64,000 nucleotides of DNA from Octopus vulgaris (taxonomy: Eukaryota). The stretch is from the NCBI GenBank assembly GCA_951406725.2, contig OX597827.1, positions 35,588,001 to 35,652,000 of the forward strand, in the 5' to 3' direction. The notes beneath the pieces were generated by a model. That model ran no database searches. It worked only from the letters and a program-made list of their open reading frames with translations, and was not told where the DNA came from. How positions within the stretch are numbered: the stretch's first letter is position 1; each line of letters begins with the position of its first letter. Positions 37,818-50,178 of this stretch are shown in pieces. A program made the translations under genes and the position numbers.

Positions 37818-39698
37818 TCATGGAACTACACCATCTCTCTCATGTAGTCTTTGGTGTTGAGTTAAATTACTGTTTTGAGAAAACGATCTTCCACAAATGT
37901 CACACTTGAAAGGTTTCTCTCCTGTATGCACACGGATATGTTTCAACAATGCACTTTTCGACGCAAAGGCTTTCCCGCAGACTTCACAAGCAAATGGTTT
38001 ACCTCCAGTGTGTAGCCATTTGTGCTTTAATAAATTACCTTTAATATAAAAAGATTTAGCACAATACTCACAGTTGTAAGGTTTTTCTCCAGTGTGTGAT
38101 CGATGGTGTCTTAATAAAGTGGATTTAAGAGAGAATCGTTTATTACAGATATCACAGGTATATGGCTTCTCTCCTGAATGTAAACGTTGATGCTGGATTA
38201 ATTCAGTACTTAAATAAAAAGACTTCCCACAGATTTCACAATCATAGGTTTTGCCAGTAGTGTGTATTCGATTATGTCGTGATAAACTGAATCTTTTAGA
38301 AAAAGCCTTGCCACAGATTTCACATGCATAAGGTTTCTCACCTGTATGGACTCGTTTGTGCTCTAAGAAGTGGAAACTTGCTGCAAAAGATTTATGACAA
38401 ACTTCACACTGGTATGGTTTCTCTCCCGTGTGGATTTGAGTGTGTTTTGATAGTGTGGTGTGTTGAGAGAAAGATTTCCCACAAATATCGCATGTGTAAG
38501 GTCTCTCTCCCGTGTGAGTTCGAACGTGTTTCACCAAGTTTGTTTTCAGAGAGAAACATCTCCCACATATATTACAGCAATATGGTTTTTCTTTCGTATG
38601 TATTCGTTTGTGGTCAACTAAACTACTACTTTGTGAAAAAGCTTTCCCACAGATATCACAACTATATGGTTTCTCACCAGTATGTACACGAATGTGTTTT
38701 AACAATGTGCCATTTGTAGAGAAAGACTTACCACAATCTACACATGTATAAGGTCTTTCTCCTGTGTGCAGTCGTTTATGTTTGTTGAAATTGTTATTGG
38801 CATTGAAAGATTTACCACAAATGTCACATCTGTATGGTTTCAACCCCGTATGAATTTGTTTATGTCTTGATAAACTTGATCTTTTAGGAAAAGCTTTACC
38901 ACAAACATCACAAGAAAAATGCTTTTCATCTATATGCACCTGTTTATGTTCTTGTAGAAGACTATTTTCAGGAAATGCATCACCACAAATTTTACATAAA
39001 TATGGATTTTCCCCTGTATGTAACCACAGATGCTTTGATAAACTAATCTTCACAGAAAACCTTTTACCACAGATTTGACAAGAGTAGGATTTCTTTTCCA
39101 TGTGTGTCTGAATATGTTTTGACAGACTACTACTTTGGAAAAACAATTTGCCACATATTTCACATAGAAAGGATACTTCACTTGTCTGGTTTTGATTTTG
39201 CTTCCCTGCAGTATTTGGGATAGGGAAATATTTACTATCCATTGTATGCTTATAGGAGGAAGTCTGTTTATTGTGTGTTTCTATATGCTCAGATAACCTA
39301 CCGTCATTAAGAAATAATTTATCACTAAGCTTATGCTGATATGATTTACTTTCATAATATAAATGTTTCTGGTCTGGTGAACAACTGTTTTGAGAATAAA
39401 CACTATCATTAATATATTGATAATCATTTTCTTGGGAAACCCTCACTTTCCCTTTGTAAGAATTATTGTTTCGGGAACAAGCAACACCCTTCATTTCACC
39501 TGTATGCAATGTTTCCCCTTTGTGCATTTGTTTGTGCTTACGGAAAATATATTTTAAAGGAAAGCTTTTACCACATATTTTACACAAATCAATCTTCAAC
39601 TCTTTGTGCGTCCTCCTGTGTTGTAAAAGGTTAAATCTTAAAACAAAACTTCTTCCACACATTTTACAGTGAAATTGTTTTTGTTGAGAGTGTGACAT
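37818..39698 (-). CDS. Poly-C2H2 (Kruppel-type) zinc-finger protein, 18 intact fingers
   Basis: 626-aa open ORF with 2 N-terminal fingers plus 16 contiguous C-x2-C-x12-H-x3-H fingers joined by HTGEKPY-type linkers. No KRAB/SCAN/BTB domain visible. Confidence 0.95.
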   Translation of the reverse strand: MSHSQQKQFHCKMCGRSFVLRFNLLQHRRTHKELKIDLCKICGKSFPLKYIFRKHKQMHKGETLHTGEMKGVACSRNNNSYKGKVRVSQENDYQYINDSVYSQNSCSPDQKHLYYESKSYQHKLSDKLFLNDGRLSEHIETHNKQTSSYKHTMDSKYFPIPNTAGKQNQNQTSEVSFLCEICGKLFFQSSSLSKHIQTHMEKKSYSCQICGKRFSVKISLSKHLWLHTGENPYLCKICGDAFPENSLLQEHKQVHIDEKHFSCDVCGKAFPKRSSLSRHKQIHTGLKPYRCDICGKSFNANNNFNKHKRLHTGERPYTCVDCGKSFSTNGTLLKHIRVHTGEKPYSCDICGKAFSQSSSLVDHKRIHTKEKPYCCNICGRCFSLKTNLVKHVRTHTGERPYTCDICGKSFSQHTTLSKHTQIHTGEKPYQCEVCHKSFAASFHFLEHKRVHTGEKPYACEICGKAFSKRFSLSRHNRIHTTGKTYDCEICGKSFYLSTELIQHQRLHSGEKPYTCDICNKRFSLKSTLLRHHRSHTGEKPYNCEYCAKSFYIKGNLLKHKWLHTGGKPFACEVCGKAFASKSALLKHIRVHTGEKPFKCDICGRSFSQNSNLTQHQRLHERDGVVP

Positions 39699-40243
39699 GT
39701 TTTTTTTTTTAATTCTTTTTTAGATTCTTATAGAGTATTTCTTTCTGGTAACTTTTCATGAATCAGTTTTGTCTCCACTAAAGTGTGTTGCCAAAAGTGA
39801 ATGGTCTGGCTTAAATGAAAATGTTATCCTACATTTCTTTATTTGATGAAATCTTCTTTACAAATTGACTGACTTTTTCCATAAGATTCAATAAACCAGC
39901 CAGGTTTTAAAATCATATTAAAATGCCATTGTCAATAAAGTGACAAAAACTCACCAACAGATGACCACATTACTAAATAAATGGTAAATTGTAACATAAA
40001 CTCTGAAACAGTAATAAGCCAGCCATTTTGGGATTTTATCTGTGCTTCAAGTTGATTTGTAAAAAAGAAAAAGATTCTATATTTTGATATTTATTGCTCT
40101 ATTGCACTTGAACATGGTGCTGTAACTGAGAGATCACCATCTGTCTTCTAATAAATAACATCAATGATAAAGTGCCACATCTCTTCCATTGATAAGGGTT
40201 TGATGTCATACCAAGAATTCGTCACGGATATGGCAATGGTATT

Positions 40244-40266
40244 TCTGGAATTAGAAACAAAGTAAA
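40244..40266 (-). other. Splice acceptor of the large zinc-finger-coding terminal exon
   Basis: Minus strand tttactttgtttctaattccag|aaatacc, ~545 nt upstream of the ZNF ATG. Candidate upstream donors at 44324 (ACG|gtaatt) and 45900 (CTG|gtaagt). Confidence 0.5.
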
Positions 40267-40726
40267 AGATCACTATTTATGAAGCAAAAAAATACAGAAA
40301 TGGTGGAATGTCAAACTAAACTTCTCAATATTTAGTTTAATTCTCCTATACCACAAGTGTTGGTAAATTAATTTCTAGTCAAATTAAAGTGAATGTTTTA
40401 TTAAGAGTGCTGAATACTGTATTATTAGCCTTGAGAGATCTTCTCATAAGCTGCATGATGCATAAAAGCAGAGGTATAAATTGTATGCACCATGTGCATA
40501 TTTGAGAGGAATTCTCAAGGTTAATAATGCAGCATTTGGCATTCTAACAAGACATCCATATTAAGATGGATATAAAGACTGCTTTTTGATACTAAATGGT
40601 TCTGGATTCAGTCCTACTGCATGGCACCTTGGGCAAGTGCCTTCTACTATAGCCTCAGGCCAACCAAAGCCTTGTGAGTGAATTTGGTAGAGAGAAACTG
40701 AAAGGAGCCTGTAACATATATATATG

Positions 40727-40757
<31 letters not shown>

Positions 40758-42160
40758 TTATCCCCTCCACCATTGCTTGACAACCAATGTTGGTGTGTTT
40801 ACATCCTCATAACAAAGTGGTTCAGCAGAAGAGACCGATAGTACTAAGCTTACAAAGAATAAGTCTTGGGATCAATTTGTTTAACTGAAACCCCTTAAGA
40901 TGGTGCTCCAGCATGACCACAGTCAAATGACAGAAACATGTAAAAGAATAAATAATTAATTACTAGTTATCTGTGATTGATTCAGTTGATTAATTGACTT
41001 GTAGGTAATATGGGAAATCATTCTTTATGAAACAGAAAAGCTCAAAAGCTTTGTATTTCATGAGAAGAAATTTAAAATTGTCACCTTGCCTCCTAAAACA
41101 AGAGATAAATGGCATTAACTGGAAAGCTTCGTTTTTACCTTTTATTTGTTTCAGTCATTGGGTTGTGGCAATGCTGGGGCACCACCTTAAAGTGTTGAGT
41201 CAAACAAATCAACTCTAGTATTTATTCTTTTAAGTTTGACACTTATTCTTTTGTCTCTTATGCTGATCTTCTAAGTTATGGGGATGCAAACAAACCAATA
41301 CCAACCATCAAGTGGTATGATAGGGATACAAACATAAACATATACACATGCATGCATAATACAAACATACAACAAGCATCCACACAATTACCATCAACAA
41401 AATTCACTGGCAAAGTATTGGTCAGCCCAGCCCAGGGCTGACTTGCCTAAGGTGGCGCGCAGTGGGACTGAACCCAAAACCATGTGGTTGCAAAACAAGC
41501 TTCTTAACCACACAGCCATACCTAAGTCAACACAGGAAGCTTGATGAGAGCTTGTATCTTGCTCCATGTGATGAATCTTGAATCAGATGAATGGAACTAC
41601 TCGGACAGAGTATTTTACTGGAAGTGGTTGAGTATTCAAGACATCTATACCATTAATGTAACCCATACAACATAGTGGGTAACAAAACTTACATGTACAT
41701 TGCATCTGATGAGCTTCTCTCAGCTCAGTTTCACTCAAAAGTTTTATGTCCATCTGAAGCTATAGAAGCAGACACCTGTCAAAGTTACTGCACAGTGAAA
41801 CCAAACCCTGGATCTCATTATTGCAAAGTAAACTCCTTAATTATTCACCCTTGTTCTATGCTACTTCTCATTAATTAATAATAAATAATTTAGAGGAGTA
41901 GAGGATCAAGGTGACTGAATCTTCTCCCATGCTACCAATTTTATAGAAGGGATAAAATTAAATACTGCATGCTCTGCATTTTTCTTTTCTTTTTTTTTTT
42001 GTGTATGCATTTCTGTGTTTCATAGAACAGAAATTAAGTTTCCCTAAAAAAAAAAAGAAATAAATAAAAAGAAATTTTCCCAAAATTCAGTTTTTTTAAT
42101 TTTTGTCTCCTGCTCCACTTTTGTAAGTATTCCAAAACGAAAGTGAAACAAAAATAATCA

Positions 42161-42488
42161 GTTAATGTTTACAATATTACCCGGAGACAAAATAAAAAAA
42201 AAAGAATGTGTATGAAACGAATATGAAAACAAAAGTGTATGGAAAGCAACAGAGCGGGGAGAGGACTTTGGAAAATTCACAAGATCCAAATTTTCCCCTA
42301 ACTTTTAGGAAAATGTTTTTTTTTATATGAAATTTTATATAAATACCTGTCAAATGGCATAGATTATAATTATAAAGAAATTTGTGGGTAAAATCTTTTC
42401 CAAAGGAGTGGGGAGTGGACATCGGAAAATTCACAAGATCCGATTTTATCCCTCGTAACTTTAAGGAAAATAGATATCTTTTAATGAA

Positions 42489-42531
<43 letters not shown>

Positions 42532-42870
42532 TCATCATCATCATCATCATCATCGTTTATACTAGCAGTATCGCCCGGCGTTGCTCGGGTTTGTAAGGGA
42601 AATAACTATATAAGCATTTTAGAGAGTTACTTCCCTTATATAAACCGAGCAAAAAATGCATTAAAAAGCTAAAAAAATGATGGTAAATTTTTTTTAAATC
42701 GTAGACTCATCATAGACGCGCGCTAATACTCAGAAGGGCTCGATATGAATCACGACTATAAGATACCCGCTTTTGGTTAAACTGCACCGCAAAATGTGGG
42801 AGTAGTTAGGAATCTAAATCGGAGGAGACAGACTCTCACATAACTTCAGTTTTATATATAAAGATATATA

Positions 42871-42906
<36 letters not shown>

Positions 42907-43891
42907 TGTATGTATGTATGTATGTATATATATACCTTTCAAACAGCATGCATTATGGATCCTAATGTGCCACATTTTGGTTCGGAAAAAAAGAGTAAAG
43001 GGAAGAAACTGGAATTATTGGAAAATGTTTTTCTTTTTTCAATGAATGAATTACGGAGACCTAATATGCCATAATCTGCAATCTGAGATTAATATATCCA
43101 GTGATTTTTAAGAGGTATGTAAAAGATATTTTGTTTTAATATTATAATTTTACTTGTTTCACACACATACAAACACTAACATGGTTTTTGTAAGGATTTT
43201 GTATCATTCTTTCTCTCTCCTGTCCAGACTTCGTTACCATTAACTTTTATAACTTCAGCATTTTCACTTATTATTCTTTTCAAACTTGTTTGAATTTTCA
43301 ATTTAATGTAATCCACACTCTAGAAAATGTATTTCTGCAAAATGGTTATCTTAAAATAAGGGTAAAGAAAAGGGTCTAATGCAGTTTCGCACCTCACCTT
43401 CAAAAACTGCATTTTGGGGGTCATCCCCATCCCCCACCACACACACACACTTTTTTCCGAACAAAAATAAGGGATTTTCGGTACATTAGGCATCCATAAT
43501 GTATGTCATTTGAAAGGTATTTATATACAATTTTATTAGAAAATATTTATTTTCCTCAAAGTTATAGACGAAAACCTCGGATCTTGTGAATTTTCCGAAG
43601 TCCTCTCTCCACCCTCTCGGAAAAAATTTTACCCACAAATTTCTTTATAACCGTAATGTACACCGTTTGAAAGGTATTTATATAAAATTTCATAAAAAAA
43701 AACAAAACATTTTCCTAAAAGTTATGAGGGAAAAACTCGGATCTTGTGAATTTTCCGAAGTCCTCTCCCCACCCAACCCATTGCTTTTCGCGCATTTTTG
43801 TTTTCTTATTCGTTTCATACAAATTGTTTTACACCCGTTGCGCTATTTTTTTTTTTTTATTTCGTTTCTGGGTAATATTGTAAACATTAAC
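42161..43891. mobile_element. Foldback element with long, internally repetitive inverted arms
   Basis: Ends gttaatgtttacaatattaccc / gggtaatattgtaaacattaac. ggaaaattcacaagatcc occurs twice on the left and is mirrored twice on the right. The left arm is split by (TA)n, (TCA)n and a Helitron. Confidence 0.8.
42562..42864 (-). mobile_element. 303-bp non-autonomous Helitron
   Basis: 5' A|TCTTTATATATAAAA and 3' hairpin cccgagcaacgccgggc + CTAG|T; same end as 15648 and 9225. Confidence 0.85.
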
Positions 43892-44418
43892 CCAATTAAC
43901 ACCCATAAACCCACATAAAGAAACACAACGAGAAAATGAGCCAAGACAGCCACAAAGTAAAAACTCGACCTGTTAGAAACAGCATTCAAATCTCCCTCAT
44001 ATTATATTCCGACGTCAAAAAAGAAGGTGCATTAGATAACGTAATAATGAGTCCCAGTAAAAAGATGGGACAGTCACGGCTGGATGCTTTAGATCTACTC
44101 AACCATGATTGTCTTGTAAGCAACAGCAGCAGCAGCAGAAACAATATAATAATTGTCGGAAATTTGATAACATTTTTTACATTCATATCAACGTTTCTTA
44201 TCTCTACAGTGAAACGATTATAAAACTGAGCTGGAGTTTGTTTATAAACAAAACTGGACATAAGGAGGATGGAAAAAATTGAAATCCTTAGCAAAATTTT
44301 GTTTTTCTCAGACTTGTAATTACCGTTGTATGAAACACAGGAATAATAACAAAATGTGGTGGTGGGGTAGGACTATTCTTTTCCTTTCTCATGAGGTATG
44401 GGACTTTGAGGTTTAGCT

Positions 44419-44437
44419 GTTTGAATTTCCGCCAAAA
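44419..44437 (-). promoter_or_regulatory. E2F-like site next to a CHR-like TTTGAA; candidate ZNF promoter element
   Basis: Plus strand gTTTGAAtttccgccaaaa = minus TTTTGGCGGAAATTCAAA, ~95 nt upstream of the candidate donor at 44324. Confidence 0.3.
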
Positions 44438-46245
44438 TATTATAGCGGATGGTTACGACTTGGAATTTTTACTGTAAACCTAGTTCGATATTTCGCATTT
44501 GGTACCCAAATAACACCAAGATTGCTTTTAACTCTCTCCAATCTGGAGAAAATAAATTCCAATAATATAATCAGACCAATTCAATTAATTAATAATACGT
44601 ATCCCATGTAAAGTCATTAAAAATAAATTTAAAATGAAACAAAACAAAAAAAAACCTTCGGACCAAGTCAAAAGAAATTAATATTTTCTCTAGTTTTTAA
44701 AAATACACGTACACAAAAATAATAATTCCATAACATTCTACTGTTTAAGATCTCCATCTTCGATAATTAACATCTTGTAAATCAGAATATAAAATATAAA
44801 AGCATAAAACATTCCCACAAAGAATATGTTTGGCTTATCAAAGAACTGCTGTCCCATCTTGCTTCTGCAATCATCTATACACGTTTTCCATTTTGATGGG
44901 ATCCATCTGGATACACGAGCCTCACATTTTCCATCTCTCCACACCATTTCTCTGAACACTGCACTAAACACCCTCAAAGTACACAAATTTTGACTTTCCT
45001 CTTTCCCATCGAACCGTGTAGTCTCTTTAATCATTAATCTTCGGTTAAAATTCGACACAGGCGCGATATATACATTACAAACAAAGGATCTATGAGACAG
45101 CTCAGTCTGCTAGAAACAGCAGCTAAATTTTCTTTAAATCACATACAGTTTTGAAATGAAAGAACTTTGGATAATGTAGTCCGGAGCGCAATAACTGATG
45201 GGGGGAAAATGAAAGAAAAACAACAGAATGCCTTTGATCATAAACCTGTCTGCTCTATCAAGACTGACCAGGGGCTAAACGACAAATCCTCTTTCTTTTC
45301 AATTCTCCAGCCAGAGTTGGCTTTCCTCACTGACAACAGTCGCCCTTTACTCCTTTCAGGATCAGCAAAATAAAAATAGGAAGAAAACAACACGAAAAGC
45401 AATTTAGTTCATGTAGTAGTAGTAGTAGCAGCAGCAACAACACTAAGCTATGTATGTGTGTCGAGAGATGGATCGGAGATTGTTTTCACAGTTGAATGCG
45501 CTTTAGAGAACAAACAATGGAAAGTTCCCAACTATGACCTTTATGAAAAGTAAAAAAGGGTCAATTCTAATAATGGCCGTTGAGTATTCACTGTAGATCC
45601 AGATAAAGAAATACACATTTTGCACGATAACGAAATAAAAACTCGTGCCGAATGACATTAGGGCATTAAAAAAATTTTTTTTAGCGATGTTTTGCTTCCA
45701 TCGTTGACAATTTTGAGATTAGATACATCACTTCACATGAAATCAAGCATCGGGCATAAAATGTAAATAAAAGAGCAAACGTGCTTGACTAGTAACACCA
45801 GTTTTAACAATATTGACAATAATTCTAAAACAAAGCTCTCACACACCAATAACATACAAATCATATTTGACAAACAGATGCTAAAACAACTCAACTTACC
45901 AGCCGTGCTATCCTATATACTTTTCTCTCTCTCTCATTGTAAACAATACACATCCAATGAAAAAACCAGAGTTACTGTCATATCATTATCCACTAAGATT
46001 TTATCAAAATTATATCATATTAAAATTTTAATTAAGAAAAACCACATCAAGCAGTCACACGTGTCACGGCTGACTTGTTCCATAACCAAGATTACAGGAG
46101 AAACTAAGCGATAAACATAAGTCAATAGCATAGCTACAAACAATAGACGTAGTTTCGCACTCAGTAGAGTTATACTATGTTGATAAGGTATCATAGACTG
46201 AAACATGTACTCTGCCTTGAACGAAGACAGAACTTTTCTCCCACT

Positions 46246-46670
46246 AAACACGTAAATTAACTCTAAGAGATTATTTCTTAATTTCTTGAAATTATCTCCC
46301 CTCTTCTTCGAGTGTTGCGACGCTTTTTTTTTTCCAAGTCTAAAAGATTTTTTACGTGCGGTATTTAATCATTATCTAAATCCATGATATTGGTCCTTTA
46401 TAATTATTTCCTTTTGCCCATTTGTTTTAATCATTCAAGTTATACTGGCTCAAAACTATTCATAACTCATTTTCTATATTTAAAAAATCTTTATCAATTA
46501 ATCAATAGGCTTGGTTAGACTATAGGCTGATGAGGCCTAATAGACTGAAACGTGTCTACAGTTGTCCCTTACCCTCACCAATGAGATTTCCTTTCCTCCA
46601 AACATGTATATTAACTTTGAGAAATTAATTCTTAATTATTGAAATTATCCGCCTTCTTTGAGAATTGCTA
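46246..46670 (+). mobile_element. ~353-nt direct-repeat-bounded unit with one hammerhead-like motif
   Basis: aaacacgtaaattaactctaagagattatttcttaatttcttgaaattatc (46246) recurs as aaacatgtatattaactttgagaaattaattcttaattattgaaattatc (46600). CTGATGA-GGCC taata GACT-GAAAC gt GTC at 46527-46556. Confidence 0.55.
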
Positions 46671-47689
46671 ACAACTGTCACTAGTATTTTGTCTTTATTC
46701 TCCAAATATCTAGGGCACCACCTTGAAGAATTTTGGTCAAACGAATCAACCCCAGCACTTATTTTTCTAAGCCTCGTGTTTATTGTCAGTCTCTTTTGCC
46801 AGACCGCTAAGTTACAGATGAAGCATTTTTCATAGACACAATTGCACAGCATCATCTCTTCTGTGTACATACATTTCATACGATACACAGATAGCGATTT
46901 TAATTCAGTGTTGTGTCAATTTCGTATATCAAGTCTTCTACAGCCCAGCAAGCTTCCACAATACCAATGAATGTTTCAACCACTGTTTCCTATATATAAA
47001 AAAAAAAAACGAATTTCGTTCAAATAAGTAATTGTTTAATCGACAAACAATGGTGAAATAAGTAATTGTTTAATTGACCAACAATGGTAAAACTCGTTTA
47101 TTGTTCATTGCAGCGACGATATTCGTCTCGTTCCAAAATACAATGTTTTTAACATAATAAATCTACAGAGAGATTAAATCTCAGACAATTCCTCGGCATC
47201 ATGTCTTCTAATGGTATGTATATGTTTAGTATAATATACAAATAGCGATTTTAATTTACCGTTGCTTCAGTTGCGTATATCAAGATTTTCTACAGCTCGA
47301 TGACTTTCCGCAATACTAGTGTTATAACCTTATGGATAAACGAATATACTGCAACAGTATAATAGCAATACAATAGAAACAAACGGCAGTAACCACATGG
47401 AACGTAACAATAATCTTTTAAGAACCAACACGCTCACTTTAAGCTTTAAGCTTTGAACTATCAGCACACGAGCACGATGATTTTATTCAAACCATAGGGA
47501 TTAAACAAATAGGAGACAATGCACAGGACCAATAGGAGTCGTGGACTTATCGGATGAGGCTACATATAGTGAATAAATACATTGTAATTTCAGATGAAAA
47601 TGAAAGAATGGATGGACGCGGAATGTGTTTGACCCCCACCAACCACATTCTTGCGTTTACTTCGTCCTCCCCACCCCCACTATATTTGG

Positions 47690-48060
47690 CACTTACACAT
47701 CCAACATTCGGGCTACTTTCGTCTATCATTTTCCGTACTTTTTTGACGTCAGGCATTTCTTCTCCAGGCGTGCTTTCCCTCTTAGGTAATATAAAAAGAG
47801 GTTAACCAAAGCATGCCCGGAGACAAAGGTGCCTGATGCGATATCTCTTCCACATTACCTCTTTTGCTATAGCTATTGCAGTTAGAAAGCAGAATTTTTC
47901 TTCTCCTTTAGGAGAATACGGCGGAATGATCTTAATCGACTCGGCTGACAGAACTTTTTCTTTATTTGCCACACTTTACTCAGACCGCTACTATTTATAT
48001 GTAGTGGTCCAGTCCATTCTCGCCAAGGAGAGTCGTACTCTCGCACAACAACTAGTGAAC
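47690..48060 (-). mobile_element. Old Tx1-clade LINE C-terminal fragment
   Basis: SAESIKIIPP...FLTAIAIAKEVMW...YYLRGKARLEKKCL aligns with the C-terminus of ORF 54624..55241. Confidence 0.6.
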
Positions 48061-48608
48061 GTTTTATTCACTGTTTCCTGTATATCGAAGGACAAATTTC
48101 GTTTAGGCAAGTGACAATCAAGCATACAGCATTAACAAGACTCGACAATCGCAAAATATCTGTCGTTCTCGTCACAGCGACGATGTTCATCTCCGATATA
48201 TAGTGTGTTTTTAATACGAAAAGTCTATGAATAGATTTTATTTCACAGAATTCCACAGCACCATATCCTTCTAATGGTTTGTATACATTTAGTATGATGC
48301 ACAGTTAGCGATTTTAAGTTAATGGTGTTTCATTTGCGTATACCGAAATATTTTTAGTCACGCGAAAAATTTCAGCCAACATACATTGTCATCATACACC
48401 ATACATTTTAAAACCTGGTACTTATTCTATGGTTGTCTTAGTCGAACTGCTATGTTACCGGGACGTAAACACACTCACACACACTTATAAAGTGTGAAAA
48501 GGTACATACACACAAAGAGAAGACCTCGCACGTATTCTGGAGAACTACAAATGACTAGTTAATTTATTTGCTCATTAATAGGGAAACTTTTTACTCTTAT
48601 GATTTACA

Positions 48609-48694
<86 letters not shown>

Positions 48695-49738
48695 TGTTAC
48701 GGAGGCAAGAAAAAGGTAAACAAACAGAAAACATTATGCCCCTTGTTCCATTAGTTGGAATTAAACCGGCGCTCCAGTTGTTCAGCACAATGGTATTTCT
48801 TTTGTCCTGTCAAGACCACGATTATTAATGATCCGAGGCGATGTTCTATGATCCCAACACGGTCACGGAAAGTTTTTAAAAAAATTAAAATGCTACCCTT
48901 TATAAATGCGGCTGGCATTGGGTTAGTTGGTCAGTTGGCGCGGGACAACCAGCCAGAAACCGTGAGCGAACAAGGGAGTGAATTGGAGATGGTGGAGTCG
49001 GCGACAGACAACGACAAAGATGACAGGCGTGGTCTAGAGAATGACAGGCAGTGAGTGTGAGAGATGACAAGCGAGAGGAAGTAAGGAAGATGGCAGTGAA
49101 GGGGGCAGAGAGAGACATTTTGAACTCGGACTGTTATAGTGGGAGTTTCGTGATGCGTGTTGCGGACGAGGAACATGCGGTAATGTTTATTTGTGTTTTG
49201 AATTTCGATGTCTAAATGTTTGAAAAAGAAAGAGAAAGGAAAGCGTGTTGTAGGCTATTTTCAAAAGAAAAGAAAAGGAAAAAAAAGAGAGAACTAGGAA
49301 CTTTAAGGGACTGTCGATTTTGAACTTTGTGTTAGATGTAAACAAAACGATGTGTCTTGAAAAAAAAGAGAAAATCGAACTGTATTGAGTCAAATGTTAA
49401 ATGATTGTTTTTCGAACTCTGTATTATGTTTGAATGCATTTGATTTGGTTTTTCGAACTCTGTATTATGTTTAAATACAATTGATTGTTCTTTGAACTCT
49501 GTACATGATTTGTCAACCTTTGTTTTGGAATGTTTTGATTTTGTTTGTTTTTTTAAATTGTTAAATTACGCAACTTCCGCTGTGTCTCTCTCTTTTGTTG
49601 TTGTTGTGTTGGTTCCTGGCTGCGTTCGCCGCCTTCCCCGCTTTCCGTGGTGGATTTCCGGTTTGCTGAGCGTCGTCGTCGCGACCTGGGGCCCGTGGTG
49701 GAATCAGAAGCCCTAGGGTCCTGAATGGCGGCGTAACA
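48695..49738. mobile_element. Second solo-LTR-like element, inside an (AT)n tract
   Basis: tgttacggagg ... ggcggcgtaaca, flanked by ATAT on both sides; collinear with 18803-19892. Confidence 0.8.
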
Positions 49739-49761
49739 ATATATATATATATATATATATA

Positions 49762-50098
49762 GCTTGGGACCCCCTTCGGTCACGACACTGACCATGGGCT
49801 TGCACCTAGAAAGTTACACTCCTAGTCACAAGTCTGGGCAAGGTGGTTTATGGAAGACCAGCAGTCGCCCATGCATACCGGCCTCCCCTCCCCACGCCAC
49901 CAGTGTTATCCAAGGGAAAGGCAACAGCCGATACAACTTGTCACCCGTGACGTCGCAACTCATTTCTACAGCTGAGTTAACTGGAGCAACGTGAAATAAA
50001 GTGTCTTGCTCAAGAATACAACACGCAGCCCAGTCCGGAATTCGAGATCACAACCTCACGATCGTAAGCTCGACGTTCTAACCACTGAGTCATGCGCC

Positions 50099-50101
<3 letters not shown>
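49762..50101 (-). mobile_element. SINE family C with a different (RTE-like) tail
   Basis: Same head and central domain as 6756 and 27677, but tail ...ccatggtcagtgtcgtgaccgaagggggtccc. Confidence 0.7.

Positions 50102-50178
<77 letters not shown>

Noticed and set aside
38324-38719. Plus-strand ORFs overlapping the ZNF gene
   Set aside because: Typical antisense frames of tandem C2H2 repeats.
44738-45058. 106-aa minus ORF upstream of the ZNF gene
   Set aside because: Non-ATG start, no recognisable domain, no convincing splice sites.
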